A model generated the notes under the pieces. That model ran no database searches. It was not told where the DNA came from and saw only the letters and a program-made list of their open reading frames with translations. Source: a bacterium (GTDB taxonomy: Bacteria > UBA8248). Taken from it: a DNA stretch of 64,000 nucleotides. Shown here piece by piece: positions 40,891 to 50,587 of the stretch. The stretch covers positions 704,001 through 768,000 of the forward strand of contig CBDCRP010000003.1 of assembly GCA_965221165.1 (NCBI GenBank). The letters run 5' to 3'. Each line of letters begins with the position of its first letter. Within the stretch, counting starts at the first letter, position 1. The translations under genes and the position numbers were made by a program.

Positions 40891-43632
40891 GTGCCCATGT
40901 TTGTTTGCGCTCCAGAAATGTGGCGTCATTTCATCTCCGGTCTCCTCGGTCCAACCAAGAGGCAAGGCATGAGCGCGCGGGCGCCGATGGGCGCACTCGC
41001 CCTGGCGCTGGCCGCCGCGCTCGTTCTCGGCGCGGGTGAAGCGCAGGCCCAGACACCCGTGTGCAGCAATGCTCCCGAACCCGGGGAGCGGATAGAATGT
41101 ACGGAGCCCGCCACTTCTATCGATGTTCCTATCAACATCAACGTTCAAGACCTCACCATCGAGACGATGGACGCTGGCGCACACGGCATTCATGGCAAAC
41201 ATGAGGGCGAAGGCGCCATCTACATCGATGTCACAGGAGGCGAGATCACGACGGAGAATTTGAATGCGCACGCCATCTATGGCTCGCATAGAGGCGCCGG
41301 CAACGTCGACATCTACGTGCAGGGCGCCGCCATCGAGACGATGGGCAGAACTGCCTACGGCATCCATGCCTATCATGCTGTCTCGCCAATCGTTGGCAAC
41401 GTCGACATCTACGTGGAGAACACCACCATCGAGACGATGGGCGCTAGCGCCTTTGGCGTCATCGGCTGGCACCAAGGCGACGGCAGAACCAACATCGACG
41501 TGAGGGACGCCACCATCACCACGGCGGGACGGAATGCCTTCGGCGTCTATGGCCTTCACCAAGGCGACGTCACAACCAACATCGACGTGAGGGACACCAC
41601 CATCACCGCGACGGGCGGGACAGCCCACGCGATCTTTGGCAGATCCCTAGGTACCGGCGACATCCACATCACAGCGAATGAGGTCGACATCACGACCGCT
41701 TCGAGCGGCGTCGTGGGCTTTGTTAATGACGACGGCGATATCACTATCGACGTTCTGGGCGGCTCCATCAAGACGACGGGTCGGCTTGGTTATGGCGTCT
41801 ATGGCATCCATGCCACCGCGGGGATCACCGTAAGGATCGGCGACATCGACATCGACGTACTACGGGGCGCCACCATTGCCACGATGGGCGATAATGCCTA
41901 CGGCATCTATGCCCATCATTATTTATTGCCAAGCGTTGGCGACATCGACATCAACGCTCGGGAGGGTAGCGCCATCACCACGACGGGCGCCGGCGCCCAC
42001 GGCATCTATGCAGAGCATGATTCCGGCACGGGAGAGATCAGGATCGCCGTTCTCAATGGGGGCTCGGTCCACGCCGACGGGGCGGGCGCGAGCGGCGTCC
42101 GGGTGGGCAGCCTCAGCGCCCAGGGCGCCGTAGAGCGCGCCGCCGGGATGGACGAGGAGGGCTATCGCAGGCAGACGGTCACGGTGAACGGCCGGGTATG
42201 GGGAGGCACGGGCGAGGCGGCGGGCGTTTATCTCGCAGGCGGCGGGCGGGTCGTCATCGGCCCCCAAGGAAGCGTCGGCGCGGAATCCGGCATCGCGATT
42301 CTCGCTACGGGAGATACGCCGGGCGCCACCGAGCAGGATCCGCCCATCAAACCCAAGCTGTATCTCGCCCTGAATCCCGGCGGCCGCCGGTTGGCGGAAG
42401 TCATCGGCGACGACTATATCCTGAACGACGGGGGCGAAACCACCATCGTTCTCAACAACGTGAAGCTGCACGACGGCGCAACGGGCGCCACCGGTCTCAC
42501 GGCCCCGAACGGGGCGTGGGACGTCACCATGCGGGCGGAGGGGAGCACGGTGGATCGCACGACGAACCCGGGGACGTTGACGCCGACCGAGCCGACCGCG
42601 GGGGTCATCGCCGATCGGGATTTCTCGGCAGGGGACCTCGACGAGAAATACACACCACGGCCCATCCCCGCTTCGTCCGCGCCACAACCAGAACCGGAAC
42701 CCGAGCCGCCGGTGGAACAGCTCACTTTCACCGAGGTCTACGCACCCCGCGCGGCTCTTTACGAGGCGCTTCCGGGGCTGCTGCTGCGGCTGAACGGAAG
42801 GGAACCGTTGGGGGGGAAACGTCTGGGGTTGCCCGGCCCGCCCGTTTGGGCGCGTCTCTCGGGAAGCAGGGGATCGTATGCGTCCGAGCGTTCGACTGTT
42901 GGTGCGGCGTATGACTTCAAACGCCTCATAGCGGAAGCGGGGCTGAACGTGTCGCTGGGCGAGAACCTCACCGGCTCGCTCTCGGCGCGCAGCGTTCAGA
43001 GTTCTGCGGACGTGGACTCACCAGTCGGCGGGGGGGAGATCGAGGCGAAGGGAATCGGTCTGGGGTTGGGGGTCTCCTGGCGCAGGGCGAGCGGTTATTA
43101 CGTCGATGGTCGCTTCTCGCTGACGGACTACGACGCGGAGGTTTCCTCCGACACGCGGGGGACTCTCGCGAGGGACGCCGACGCGCTCGCCCATTCGCTG
43201 GACGTCGAGGTGGGCAGGCGTTTCCAGATCAACGAGAAGATAAGTCTGACTCCCCGGGCGTGGCTGACGCGCTCGGCGATGGACGTCGATGCGTTCACCG
43301 ACGCGGTGGACGCAAGGGTCTCGCTCGCAAAGGCTGTGAGGTTCACCGGCGGCCTGGGGGTGGTCACGGAGACCTTGCGCGTCTGGGAGGGCGGGGCGCT
43401 CTCCCTGCGCGGTTCCCTGGACATCGAGCAGACGCTGGACGACGCGGAGACGCTCGCCGACGTGTCGGGAACGAAGCTCGAATCGAAAGCCGCAAAGACC
43501 AAGCTCCTGCTCGGGCTGGGAGGCGTCTATCGCCGGGGCCGCTTCTCGATAAGCGGCGAGGTCTCGATGGGCGGCCTGGGTTCGGATGAGGCGCAATACG
43601 CGGGGCAGGTGACCATCGGGATGAGGTTCTAG
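40891..43632 (+). CDS. Autotransporter outer-membrane protein
   Basis: AQA signal cleavage site, repetitive beta-helix-like passenger, PEPEPEPP linker, C-terminal barrel ending VTIGMRF. Confidence 0.88.
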   Translation: MPMFVCAPEMWRHFISGLLGPTKRQGMSARAPMGALALALAAALVLGAGEAQAQTPVCSNAPEPGERIECTEPATSIDVPININVQDLTIETMDAGAHGIHGKHEGEGAIYIDVTGGEITTENLNAHAIYGSHRGAGNVDIYVQGAAIETMGRTAYGIHAYHAVSPIVGNVDIYVENTTIETMGASAFGVIGWHQGDGRTNIDVRDATITTAGRNAFGVYGLHQGDVTTNIDVRDTTITATGGTAHAIFGRSLGTGDIHITANEVDITTASSGVVGFVNDDGDITIDVLGGSIKTTGRLGYGVYGIHATAGITVRIGDIDIDVLRGATIATMGDNAYGIYAHHYLLPSVGDIDINAREGSAITTTGAGAHGIYAEHDSGTGEIRIAVLNGGSVHADGAGASGVRVGSLSAQGAVERAAGMDEEGYRRQTVTVNGRVWGGTGEAAGVYLAGGGRVVIGPQGSVGAESGIAILATGDTPGATEQDPPIKPKLYLALNPGGRRLAEVIGDDYILNDGGETTIVLNNVKLHDGATGATGLTAPNGAWDVTMRAEGSTVDRTTNPGTLTPTEPTAGVIADRDFSAGDLDEKYTPRPIPASSAPQPEPEPEPPVEQLTFTEVYAPRAALYEALPGLLLRLNGREPLGGKRLGLPGPPVWARLSGSRGSYASERSTVGAAYDFKRLIAEAGLNVSLGENLTGSLSARSVQSSADVDSPVGGGEIEAKGIGLGLGVSWRRASGYYVDGRFSLTDYDAEVSSDTRGTLARDADALAHSLDVEVGRRFQINEKISLTPRAWLTRSAMDVDAFTDAVDARVSLAKAVRFTGGLGVVTETLRVWEGGALSLRGSLDIEQTLDDAETLADVSGTKLESKAAKTKLLLGLGGVYRRGRFSISGEVSMGGLGSDEAQYAGQVTIGMRF

Positions 43633-43647
43633 GGCGAACGGTTTGGC

Positions 43648-43911
43648 GGGGACAGGCCCTTCCCGGGGCCGTCCCACAGGTCGCGACATATCCCTGCCGC
43701 CGCTCCTATCGGGAGTCCGCGCATCACCAGGGAGAACACACGGGTTCTCTCCTACGAAACCATCGCAAACCCTCCCGCATTGGTCGCAATCCCTCCTCCC
43801 GTAGGGGACGGAACCCCTCCTCGGGGCCGTCCCACGCATACATGCGACCTGTGTTCTCCAGCGAAAGGCCGGGCCGCATATATGGGTGGCGGACATATAT
43901 GTCCGACCTAC
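43648..43911. repeat. Cluster of GTAG-type REP-like palindromes
   Basis: GTAGGGGACGG...CCGTCCC (~43801) and GCATATATGGGTGGCGGACATATATGTCCGACCTAC (~43876), both shared with the 61 kb cluster. Confidence 0.75.
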
Positions 43912-44173
43912 AGTTAGAATCCCTCCCCCCTCGGTCGCGCACAATTCCTCCCTTCCCGGTCGGGTGAATCCCTCCCGCTTTGGTCGGAATTGATCCGCAT
44001 TTGCGCGTATCGCGCACGGGTCGAGATTCTCTATACTTGCGCGCAAGGCGCGCCGCCGTGGCCGATCCTGCGCCTTGCGGGCGGGGGCGCTTTCAAGAGA
44101 GCATGAGAGTAGACGTGAGCGGGCGTCGCGAGGGGAATTGCGGGCGAATTCCGCGCGCTAAAAGGCTCTCGAT

Positions 44174-44279
44174 AATATGTGAAAAATGGTGAAAAAAGGT
44201 GAAAATATCTGAAAATTTATCTTATTGATATATATGGGGTTATGCGGAATTTTCCCCTTTATGGGTGTGAGGGGGGGGT
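44174..44279 (+). repeat. Left copy of inverted element (four 10-bp (G/C)TGAAAANNN units plus conserved AT-rich/G-rich tail)
   Basis: Aligns by eye to the reverse complement of 58211-58335. Confidence 0.85.
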
Positions 44280-45155
44280 CTACGCGTTGATGGAGCAAAG
44301 CAGCGCGTGGACCGCGGCGTTCAGAGGTGTGGGGATTCGGTGCCTGGCGCCCAGCCGAACGACCGCTCCCGTCATGACGTCCGCCTCGATGCGGCGCCCG
44401 GCTCTTCTGTCCACCAGCATGGAGGTGGTCGCTTCAGGGTCCGCATCCTGTAAGCGCTCGATTGTTCGCTCGGCGACGTCAACCGCCAGTTCCGCGCCCT
44501 CCGCCCTGCCTACAGAGGCGCATTCGCGCACGAGTCCCCGGCAAAGTTCGGCAACGTCCGGATCGAGCAACACGCCTCTGCCCTTATCGGTCAGCGCGGT
44601 GGCTGGCCCGGCGCCGATATTGTTGCACAATTTCGCCCAGGAGACGGTCGTAAAATCGGAAGTCGGCTTTACGGGCACGTCCGTGCCCTCGTAAAGGGAG
44701 GCGAGAAGCCGTCCACCCCGGCCCTCTTCGGGAACAAGCCCGGCGCCTCCTTGCTGCGCCACACGGCCGGGAGCCAGCCTGTCCGCCGGGCAGTTCACCA
44801 CGACAGGAACGACCTCAGCCCCTCTGGAGTATGGCTCCACCCGTTCTTTGTGCTCCACGCCATTTTGCAAAACGGCGATGATGGTGTCGTCTCCCACGAG
44901 AGCTTCCAGCCAATGTGCAACACCTTGCACCTGGTGCCCTTTCACCGCCAAGATGACGCAGTCGACGGGACCTGCTTCGGAGGGATCGGTGACGCACTCC
45001 ACTTGTGATTCGATAACGGAATCCTGCATTTCCACAACGAGCTTGTCGATAGGCTTTCGTACACAGAGCGTAACGTCGTGCTTATTCGATTGACACAACC
45101 GAACCCCGAACACCCCACCAATGGCGCCAACCCCCAACACGGCTACCCTACTCAT
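44280..45155 (-). CDS. 2-dehydropantoate 2-reductase family (PanE/ApbA-like)
   Basis: GVGAIGG, LAVK, LQNGV, WAKL, SMLVD...E. Confidence 0.88.
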   Translation of the reverse strand: MSRVAVLGVGAIGGVFGVRLCQSNKHDVTLCVRKPIDKLVVEMQDSVIESQVECVTDPSEAGPVDCVILAVKGHQVQGVAHWLEALVGDDTIIAVLQNGVEHKERVEPYSRGAEVVPVVVNCPADRLAPGRVAQQGGAGLVPEEGRGGRLLASLYEGTDVPVKPTSDFTTVSWAKLCNNIGAGPATALTDKGRGVLLDPDVAELCRGLVRECASVGRAEGAELAVDVAERTIERLQDADPEATTSMLVDRRAGRRIEADVMTGAVVRLGARHRIPTPLNAAVHALLCSINA

Positions 45156-45175
45156 CCATCACGCTCCAGGAAATT

Positions 45176-46120
45176 TCATACCAAAACACGATGGCCCTTC
45201 CATGAGGCCACAGATACGAAAACACACACGATGCCGGCCAGAGAATCCCAACCCGAGGTATGTCCTATTTTATCCAGCGCACGCAAAGCGGAATCCAAAC
45301 GTGCTTCATCCGCCATACCCATCGCCGAAATCATTTCATGCAAAGCCTGCGCACCCTGTCCCCTGGCCGCACACTCCAAATGCGCACAACTAATTTTATT
45401 CGTTCGCTCTGCGGCCTGATTCAATATGACGCTGGATACCTTCCTTAAAACATCGAAATATCCCAGTGCATACAACGCTATCATCACACCACACCAAAAA
45501 TCATCTCCGGATGGCGTGAGTCCCGGGCCGAGGCCAACGAGCTTGTGATTGATGGAAGAAAATTCCAGGCTCTTCTCCCCATTGAGAGTACCTGAGAGCC
45601 AATTTCTAAAATCGGCAATCTCCTTCCAGGAAGTTTCTTGAAAAAAATCCTCACCTGAGACTTCCTCGCCGCTCACAATGTACGGGATAAGCGGGGCCAG
45701 ACCCTCTCGAGGCCCTCTTTTTACTATCCTCTCAACGGGAACTGAGAGGCTACGCCGAACATACCCAAAATCCCAGGCAACGGGCAGTGGCTCCGGTTTC
45801 CATTCTTCCCGCTGGGAAGTATCGATTCCCATGCTCGGACCGAACTGGATAAAACCATTTTGGATTGTGGCTCTACCTTTGGCGGCTATTTTCTTTCTTA
45901 AATCCATACCATCCGGGAATTCACAAAGCGCATTCAACGGTCCGGGCCCAATGCTCCATGCCCCGATGCACGCGAACTGCCCCGATGTATTTTCAACATA
46001 CAAACTTCTGCGAAACACGCTGATTATTTTCGCTTCGCCCTGTAAGGCAAGAAATTCTTGAACAAATGCACCCACAAGAACCACTCGGAATGCATTCGGC
46101 ATTATATGGGCTGGCATCAT
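45176..46120 (-). CDS. DUF2877 (AllH/YahE-like) protein
   Basis: GLGPGLTPSGDD, TNKIS, IGHTSGWD. Confidence 0.8.
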   Translation of the reverse strand: MMPAHIMPNAFRVVLVGAFVQEFLALQGEAKIISVFRRSLYVENTSGQFACIGAWSIGPGPLNALCEFPDGMDLRKKIAAKGRATIQNGFIQFGPSMGIDTSQREEWKPEPLPVAWDFGYVRRSLSVPVERIVKRGPREGLAPLIPYIVSGEEVSGEDFFQETSWKEIADFRNWLSGTLNGEKSLEFSSINHKLVGLGPGLTPSGDDFWCGVMIALYALGYFDVLRKVSSVILNQAAERTNKISCAHLECAARGQGAQALHEMISAMGMADEARLDSALRALDKIGHTSGWDSLAGIVCVFVSVASWKGHRVLV

Positions 46121-46145
46121 AAAATGATCATTTCATCTCGCAAAG

Positions 46146-46183
46146 AAAATCCCCTCACCCTTTCGTGAGTGAGGGGATTTTTT
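46146..46183. terminator. Bidirectional rho-independent terminator
   Basis: AAAATCCCCTCAC...GTGAGGGGATTTT. Confidence 0.8.
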
Positions 46184-46195
46184 CATTCACGATAC

Positions 46196-46531
46196 TTATG
46201 CACATCCAGGTCCTCTAACCTCACTCGCAGCAGCACCAGATGGTACAAGCGTCTCGGCAAAGTTTGGATCGGCTTGTTGTTTCTCGACCAGTTGGCCTAT
46301 TTGCGAGAGTAACATCTCACGTTTCATCAATCCCAAACGATAGATGCCCATCGGATTTACAAGTTTCATATAGTAATGGTTTCCAGGGTCATACTCCGCA
46401 GAGCAAGCAGAGGGTTTTTGGGCGATAGAGAGGGCATAGCTAAAAACATCCGCAAATTGAGCCAGCACTTCCTCATCATGTAAGTCTTCGGGTATTTCGG
46501 GAAATCTGGCCAAGAGTTCCTGGACGTTCAT
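46196..46531 (-). CDS. Hypothetical protein with C-terminal GPGCA
   Basis: AAGGAG RBS and its own terminator. Confidence 0.75.
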   Translation of the reverse strand: MNVQELLARFPEIPEDLHDEEVLAQFADVFSYALSIAQKPSACSAEYDPGNHYYMKLVNPMGIYRLGLMKREMLLSQIGQLVEKQQADPNFAETLVPSGAAASEVRGPGCA

Positions 46532-46666
46532 CGTTAAAACTCCTTAAAGGGATGACTTATCTCAAGCGGAACGATTCATTAAGCTTATCATATATTGAAC
46601 TGACTAGCTCTTTACCTCCCTGCTTTTCCAAGGTCGAAAAGGATGAACCCAATAAAAGTGTGAGGA

Positions 46667-48640
46667 TTACATTTCTCTGATGAACCTCGCAGCATAGCTT
46701 CTAATATTTTTTCCGTTGAGAACATGAAAACGACGAACGCGGGCGATGGTTTCTCCAGAAAATCGACCAATGGGGATGTGAATTAAATGCTTTTTATATA
46801 AACGTGCGAACTGGCGCCAGCGTGTCTTGGGTGGGTGCGGGCTCACCAGAGCGATGAACCGTTCTTTCGAATGAAAACATGCTCCTGCAATCAATCGTTC
46901 GTCCAATGTCTGTGTGTAGTGAAATCGTGAATCCCGCCAGACATCCTCGATATATCGGGGAGGAAAAACAAAAAACGCCCCGCCATATTGTGATTCCGCG
47001 ATCCCCGGACCCACCAAATTATCCTCAAACGGGGTAGCATACATACAGAGCGTTGATTCTTCACTATGTTCCGCATACCACATCGTACGCCAAGAATACT
47101 TCTCGGCATCCGCGGGCGTATCGAACAAAAAAACGACAACCTCCAAATTCCCTCGTGCCGGGGGAATTTCTTTTACGTACAGGTCGCCCGTATGCCAGTT
47201 GCGGAGCGTTTTCCGCATATCAAGACCATCTTTTATCGATGTCGTGAATTTTTCAGTACGGGCCAAATCCTCTCCCAATAGTGCCTTGGCCTGCTCGCGC
47301 ACATGGGTATGAAAACTCTCTATCGCCTCATCTTCTGGCGGCCAGGAACACATACCGAAAGGATTCCACCTCTGGGCCCATTCCTGTCTTTCAAACGGAG
47401 TGGGTCTAGGTTTGAGGGAAATACGCCTCCAAATAGCGGCAGAGCCACCCAACCGACTCTTGATCGTTCCGACGCCTATATCAGGGAATACCGCACGGAT
47501 CATACCTACATGGACTAAATCACTTTCACTGGCTGAAGAGGTTTCACGCTGATACGGATATTTCCGCGCGGTCTCTAATAGTGCCAGAGCAAAAGCATCG
47601 CCTGCGGTCTGCTTAGCGGCAAGAGTGAGGGTAAACAAATCCGGCGTCAATCTTCTCGCTTGAAGCGTCAAATTCCGGACGTATTGCAAGAAAACCTGAA
47701 GCCTTTGAGGCGTCACCCAGTTTTGCACGGGTCGATGTTCTCTTAACCATGCCGTTCTCGCCTCCAATAGGAGTTCCTTGACACCGTCGATAGATAAATT
47801 GAAGTCACCAATGAATTCTTCGCGTTTTTTTTCGTATAAATAAGTCAGATAGGGAAACTCCCCCAAGAAAAAGGCCAAAGTACCTTCCGATACTCTATAC
47901 CTTTGGGGCCGGTTGAGGGATATGTCTAAACGGGGCCCAAACAATTTTTTGTCACCAGACGGACCTTCTCGACAGGCTGAGTGAATCCAGGGCCAATCCA
48001 TCGCAGAACACACGAAAACGATGCGCTTGTATCTCGCCTCGAGTTCGAGCAAGGCATCGGCCATCCAGCGGATTCTCGCAGCACGCTGTGATGAAGGAGG
48101 AGGCTTGGGTGCTACCGTCAAAAGAGACGCAGCAAAGGCTTCCATCGGTACTTTTTTGAGTACATAAGGATCTGGCAACACATGAACATCCTCATGAAAT
48201 CGTTCCACTTCTAAATCTACAAAAAATCTGGGGATACGTTCTCCCATTGCTACCCTGAGAGCTGAGATCACCGGCTGACAAGGATCAATCGGCACATAGT
48301 TATGGGAAGGCAAAACTGATTTATCCGCCATAAACTCTTCTTGAGCGTTCAAATCATCCTCTGACTGTGGGTATTCATCCCATGACTCATCAAATTCCGC
48401 TTCACCTCCTTCAAAATATGATTGGGCATCCTCATTCATCGACACCATGGAGACATATGGAAGGTTCTCAACACCTGCTTCTACCTCATCTTGAAAAGAT
48501 GGCGGCAGAGGAACCGCAACGCAGTCAGGTTCAAATTTCAAAATCCTATCCCGCACTTCGACGGCAAAGTCTCCCGACCCATGGATGACGGGAAGTACAC
48601 TGATCCGATTGGTGATGCCCAGAAAATCTTGCGCGGCCAT
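46667..48640 (-). CDS. Uncharacterised 657-aa MoxR partner protein
   Basis: Long ORF starting 2 nt after the AAA+ gene's stop. Confidence 0.8.
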   Translation of the reverse strand: MAAQDFLGITNRISVLPVIHGSGDFAVEVRDRILKFEPDCVAVPLPPSFQDEVEAGVENLPYVSMVSMNEDAQSYFEGGEAEFDESWDEYPQSEDDLNAQEEFMADKSVLPSHNYVPIDPCQPVISALRVAMGERIPRFFVDLEVERFHEDVHVLPDPYVLKKVPMEAFAASLLTVAPKPPPSSQRAARIRWMADALLELEARYKRIVFVCSAMDWPWIHSACREGPSGDKKLFGPRLDISLNRPQRYRVSEGTLAFFLGEFPYLTYLYEKKREEFIGDFNLSIDGVKELLLEARTAWLREHRPVQNWVTPQRLQVFLQYVRNLTLQARRLTPDLFTLTLAAKQTAGDAFALALLETARKYPYQRETSSASESDLVHVGMIRAVFPDIGVGTIKSRLGGSAAIWRRISLKPRPTPFERQEWAQRWNPFGMCSWPPEDEAIESFHTHVREQAKALLGEDLARTEKFTTSIKDGLDMRKTLRNWHTGDLYVKEIPPARGNLEVVVFLFDTPADAEKYSWRTMWYAEHSEESTLCMYATPFEDNLVGPGIAESQYGGAFFVFPPRYIEDVWRDSRFHYTQTLDERLIAGACFHSKERFIALVSPHPPKTRWRQFARLYKKHLIHIPIGRFSGETIARVRRFHVLNGKNIRSYAARFIREM

Positions 48641-48642
48641 AA

Positions 48643-49617
48643 CTAATCGTCTTGTTGGGGGTGCAATGGGCTATCGTCACCAAAGAAAAGATCGCCGAAA
48701 TCAAGTGGTGGTGGCTCATCGCCGAGGGCTTGTTGTCTTCTACGCGCCAGATCTTTCAAGTCCAACGCATCATCTCCTAAAACCTTGGTGAGCGACTCTC
48801 TCCACGCTTCGTCTTGAGCAAGTGGATGATCTGAGTCCTGCGCGAGACGTTTAAGCGCGAATTGAAGGATATGGATTCCATCCCGAGGGGAATATTCAAG
48901 GTCCAGTTCATGGGCTTCCTGTAAAAACTCCACTGTCAGGGCCAACATCTCATTGGGAGCAAACGGCAAGTGATACTTGAGGATAGCCAGTTCATCATTT
49001 TTGTTTGGAAATTCAAGCCCTAAAGTGGGTTGCAGTCTCGAGAGAATATAATCGGGCACCTCGTACGTTGAAGCATCTTCGTTCATGGTCACGCAACAGC
49101 GAAAATCTGGGTGTGCCTTCACCGTTGCACCCGCTACGATGGACTCCACATAACGGCGATGATCGAGCAATGGTGCCAGTGAGGCCCAACTTTTTTCGCT
49201 CATCCGATTTCCTTCATCCAGCACACAGACCCCTCCCCTTATCATCGCTGTAACAAGAGGCGATGCGTGATAGATAATTTTTCCTGATTCCGCCAACACG
49301 GGTGTGATCAAGAGATCCTCAGGACGCGTATCAGAAGTGCACTGAAAAATATAAAGCTCTTGGTTTCTCTCCCGCGCCGCCGCCATCGCCAGTGTTGTTT
49401 TCCCGATTCCCGGAGGACCAATAATTCGCGGAGAGAGAGAAAAATCCTCTTCCGCGACAACCAGCCAGCAGGCGTGAAGCTGGCGCAGAACCTCTATCTG
49501 GCCGATCCATTCCTGATCAGCATCGATGTGTCTGCTCAGGTGTAGGAATACCCCTTCAATTTCCACCAACCCCACCCCTAATTTTTCATTGACTGATGTC
49601 TTCTCATGCACAATCAA
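48643..49617 (-). CDS. MoxR-family AAA+ ATPase
   Basis: [21 protein letters not shown]...TMN, SRL. Confidence 0.9.
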   Translation of the reverse strand: MIVHEKTSVNEKLGVGLVEIEGVFLHLSRHIDADQEWIGQIEVLRQLHACWLVVAEEDFSLSPRIIGPPGIGKTTLAMAAARERNQELYIFQCTSDTRPEDLLITPVLAESGKIIYHASPLVTAMIRGGVCVLDEGNRMSEKSWASLAPLLDHRRYVESIVAGATVKAHPDFRCCVTMNEDASTYEVPDYILSRLQPTLGLEFPNKNDELAILKYHLPFAPNEMLALTVEFLQEAHELDLEYSPRDGIHILQFALKRLAQDSDHPLAQDEAWRESLTKVLGDDALDLKDLARRRQQALGDEPPPLDFGDLFFGDDSPLHPQQDD

Positions 49618-49685
49618 CTCCTACGTCCAAAATCCCACCGTAAAAGATAATGACATCTCGCTCTTATCATTCGGGAATATCTTCT

Positions 49686-50432
49686 TTAATCGGTAAAATA
49701 CCCTCCGTTTACATCCAGTGCTTCACCAGTGATATGCGCAGCGTCCTCACTAGCGAGAAATAGAGTGGCTGGAACCAATTCCGAGGCCATAGCAAACCTT
49801 CCCATTGGATGTTTCGCCAGTGCTTTGTTGTATAAATCCGGGCCGAATTCCCGCATTAAAGGCCCATCAATCGGCCCGGGAACTAAGCAGTTCACGGTCA
49901 CTTTCGTTTTCGCTAATTCGCGAGCGAGGTTGAACGTCATGGCTAAAATACCACCTTTTGAAGCCGCATATGTGAGATTATAGCCCAGCCCCCCTGATTT
50001 CCCAGCCCCAGAACCATATAGAATAATTCGCCCCGCCGGAGAATTCATGAGTGCGGGCATCGCCCCTTGAATGCAAAAATAAGGCGCTAAGAGATTCACG
50101 CGAAGCGCGCGCTTCCAATCAGACGCATCAAGCGAGAGCGGGGCTTTCACCAACATGTTCGCCGCTGTGTGAATGAAGACATCACATCCACCAAGCCATG
50201 CGATTGCTTCTTTGGTCATGGTCTTCACCTCATCAAAATTTTCCAAATCACAGGGTATCTTTTTCATCATCTCACGGGATCCTGAGATGAGGTGCAACTT
50301 TTCTGAATTTCGACCCGTGGCGACGAGTTTCGCCCCCGTATTCAGAAATCCCTCAACAAGCGCTTTGCCTACATCTCCCGTGGCCCCGGTCAGAATTACC
50401 CTTTTGCCCTGAAAATCAAAACGAAGCGCCAT
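49686..50432 (-). CDS. SDR family oxidoreductase
   Basis: TGATGDVG, YAASK, ITGEALDVNGG. Confidence 0.9.
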   Translation of the reverse strand: MALRFDFQGKRVILTGATGDVGKALVEGFLNTGAKLVATGRNSEKLHLISGSREMMKKIPCDLENFDEVKTMTKEAIAWLGGCDVFIHTAANMLVKAPLSLDASDWKRALRVNLLAPYFCIQGAMPALMNSPAGRIILYGSGAGKSGGLGYNLTYAASKGGILAMTFNLARELAKTKVTVNCLVPGPIDGPLMREFGPDLYNKALAKHPMGRFAMASELVPATLFLASEDAAHITGEALDVNGGYFTD

Positions 50433-50587
50433 CCCGCTTCCCTCGAAAACCGGTGACCCAACTTTCAGCAAGCCCCCTGCCCTGATATATATCGAATAAG
50501 ATACAATATCGACTGAAGAATAACATTCTTATAGGGAATCACCTTGTAGCCGCTTCATATGCAACAGGAACACTGTGGAGAGTACTC

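Noticed and set aside
44174-44279. oriC
   Set aside because: Only one consensus DnaA-box match, no dnaA/dnaN/gyrB context, and a second inverted copy exists.
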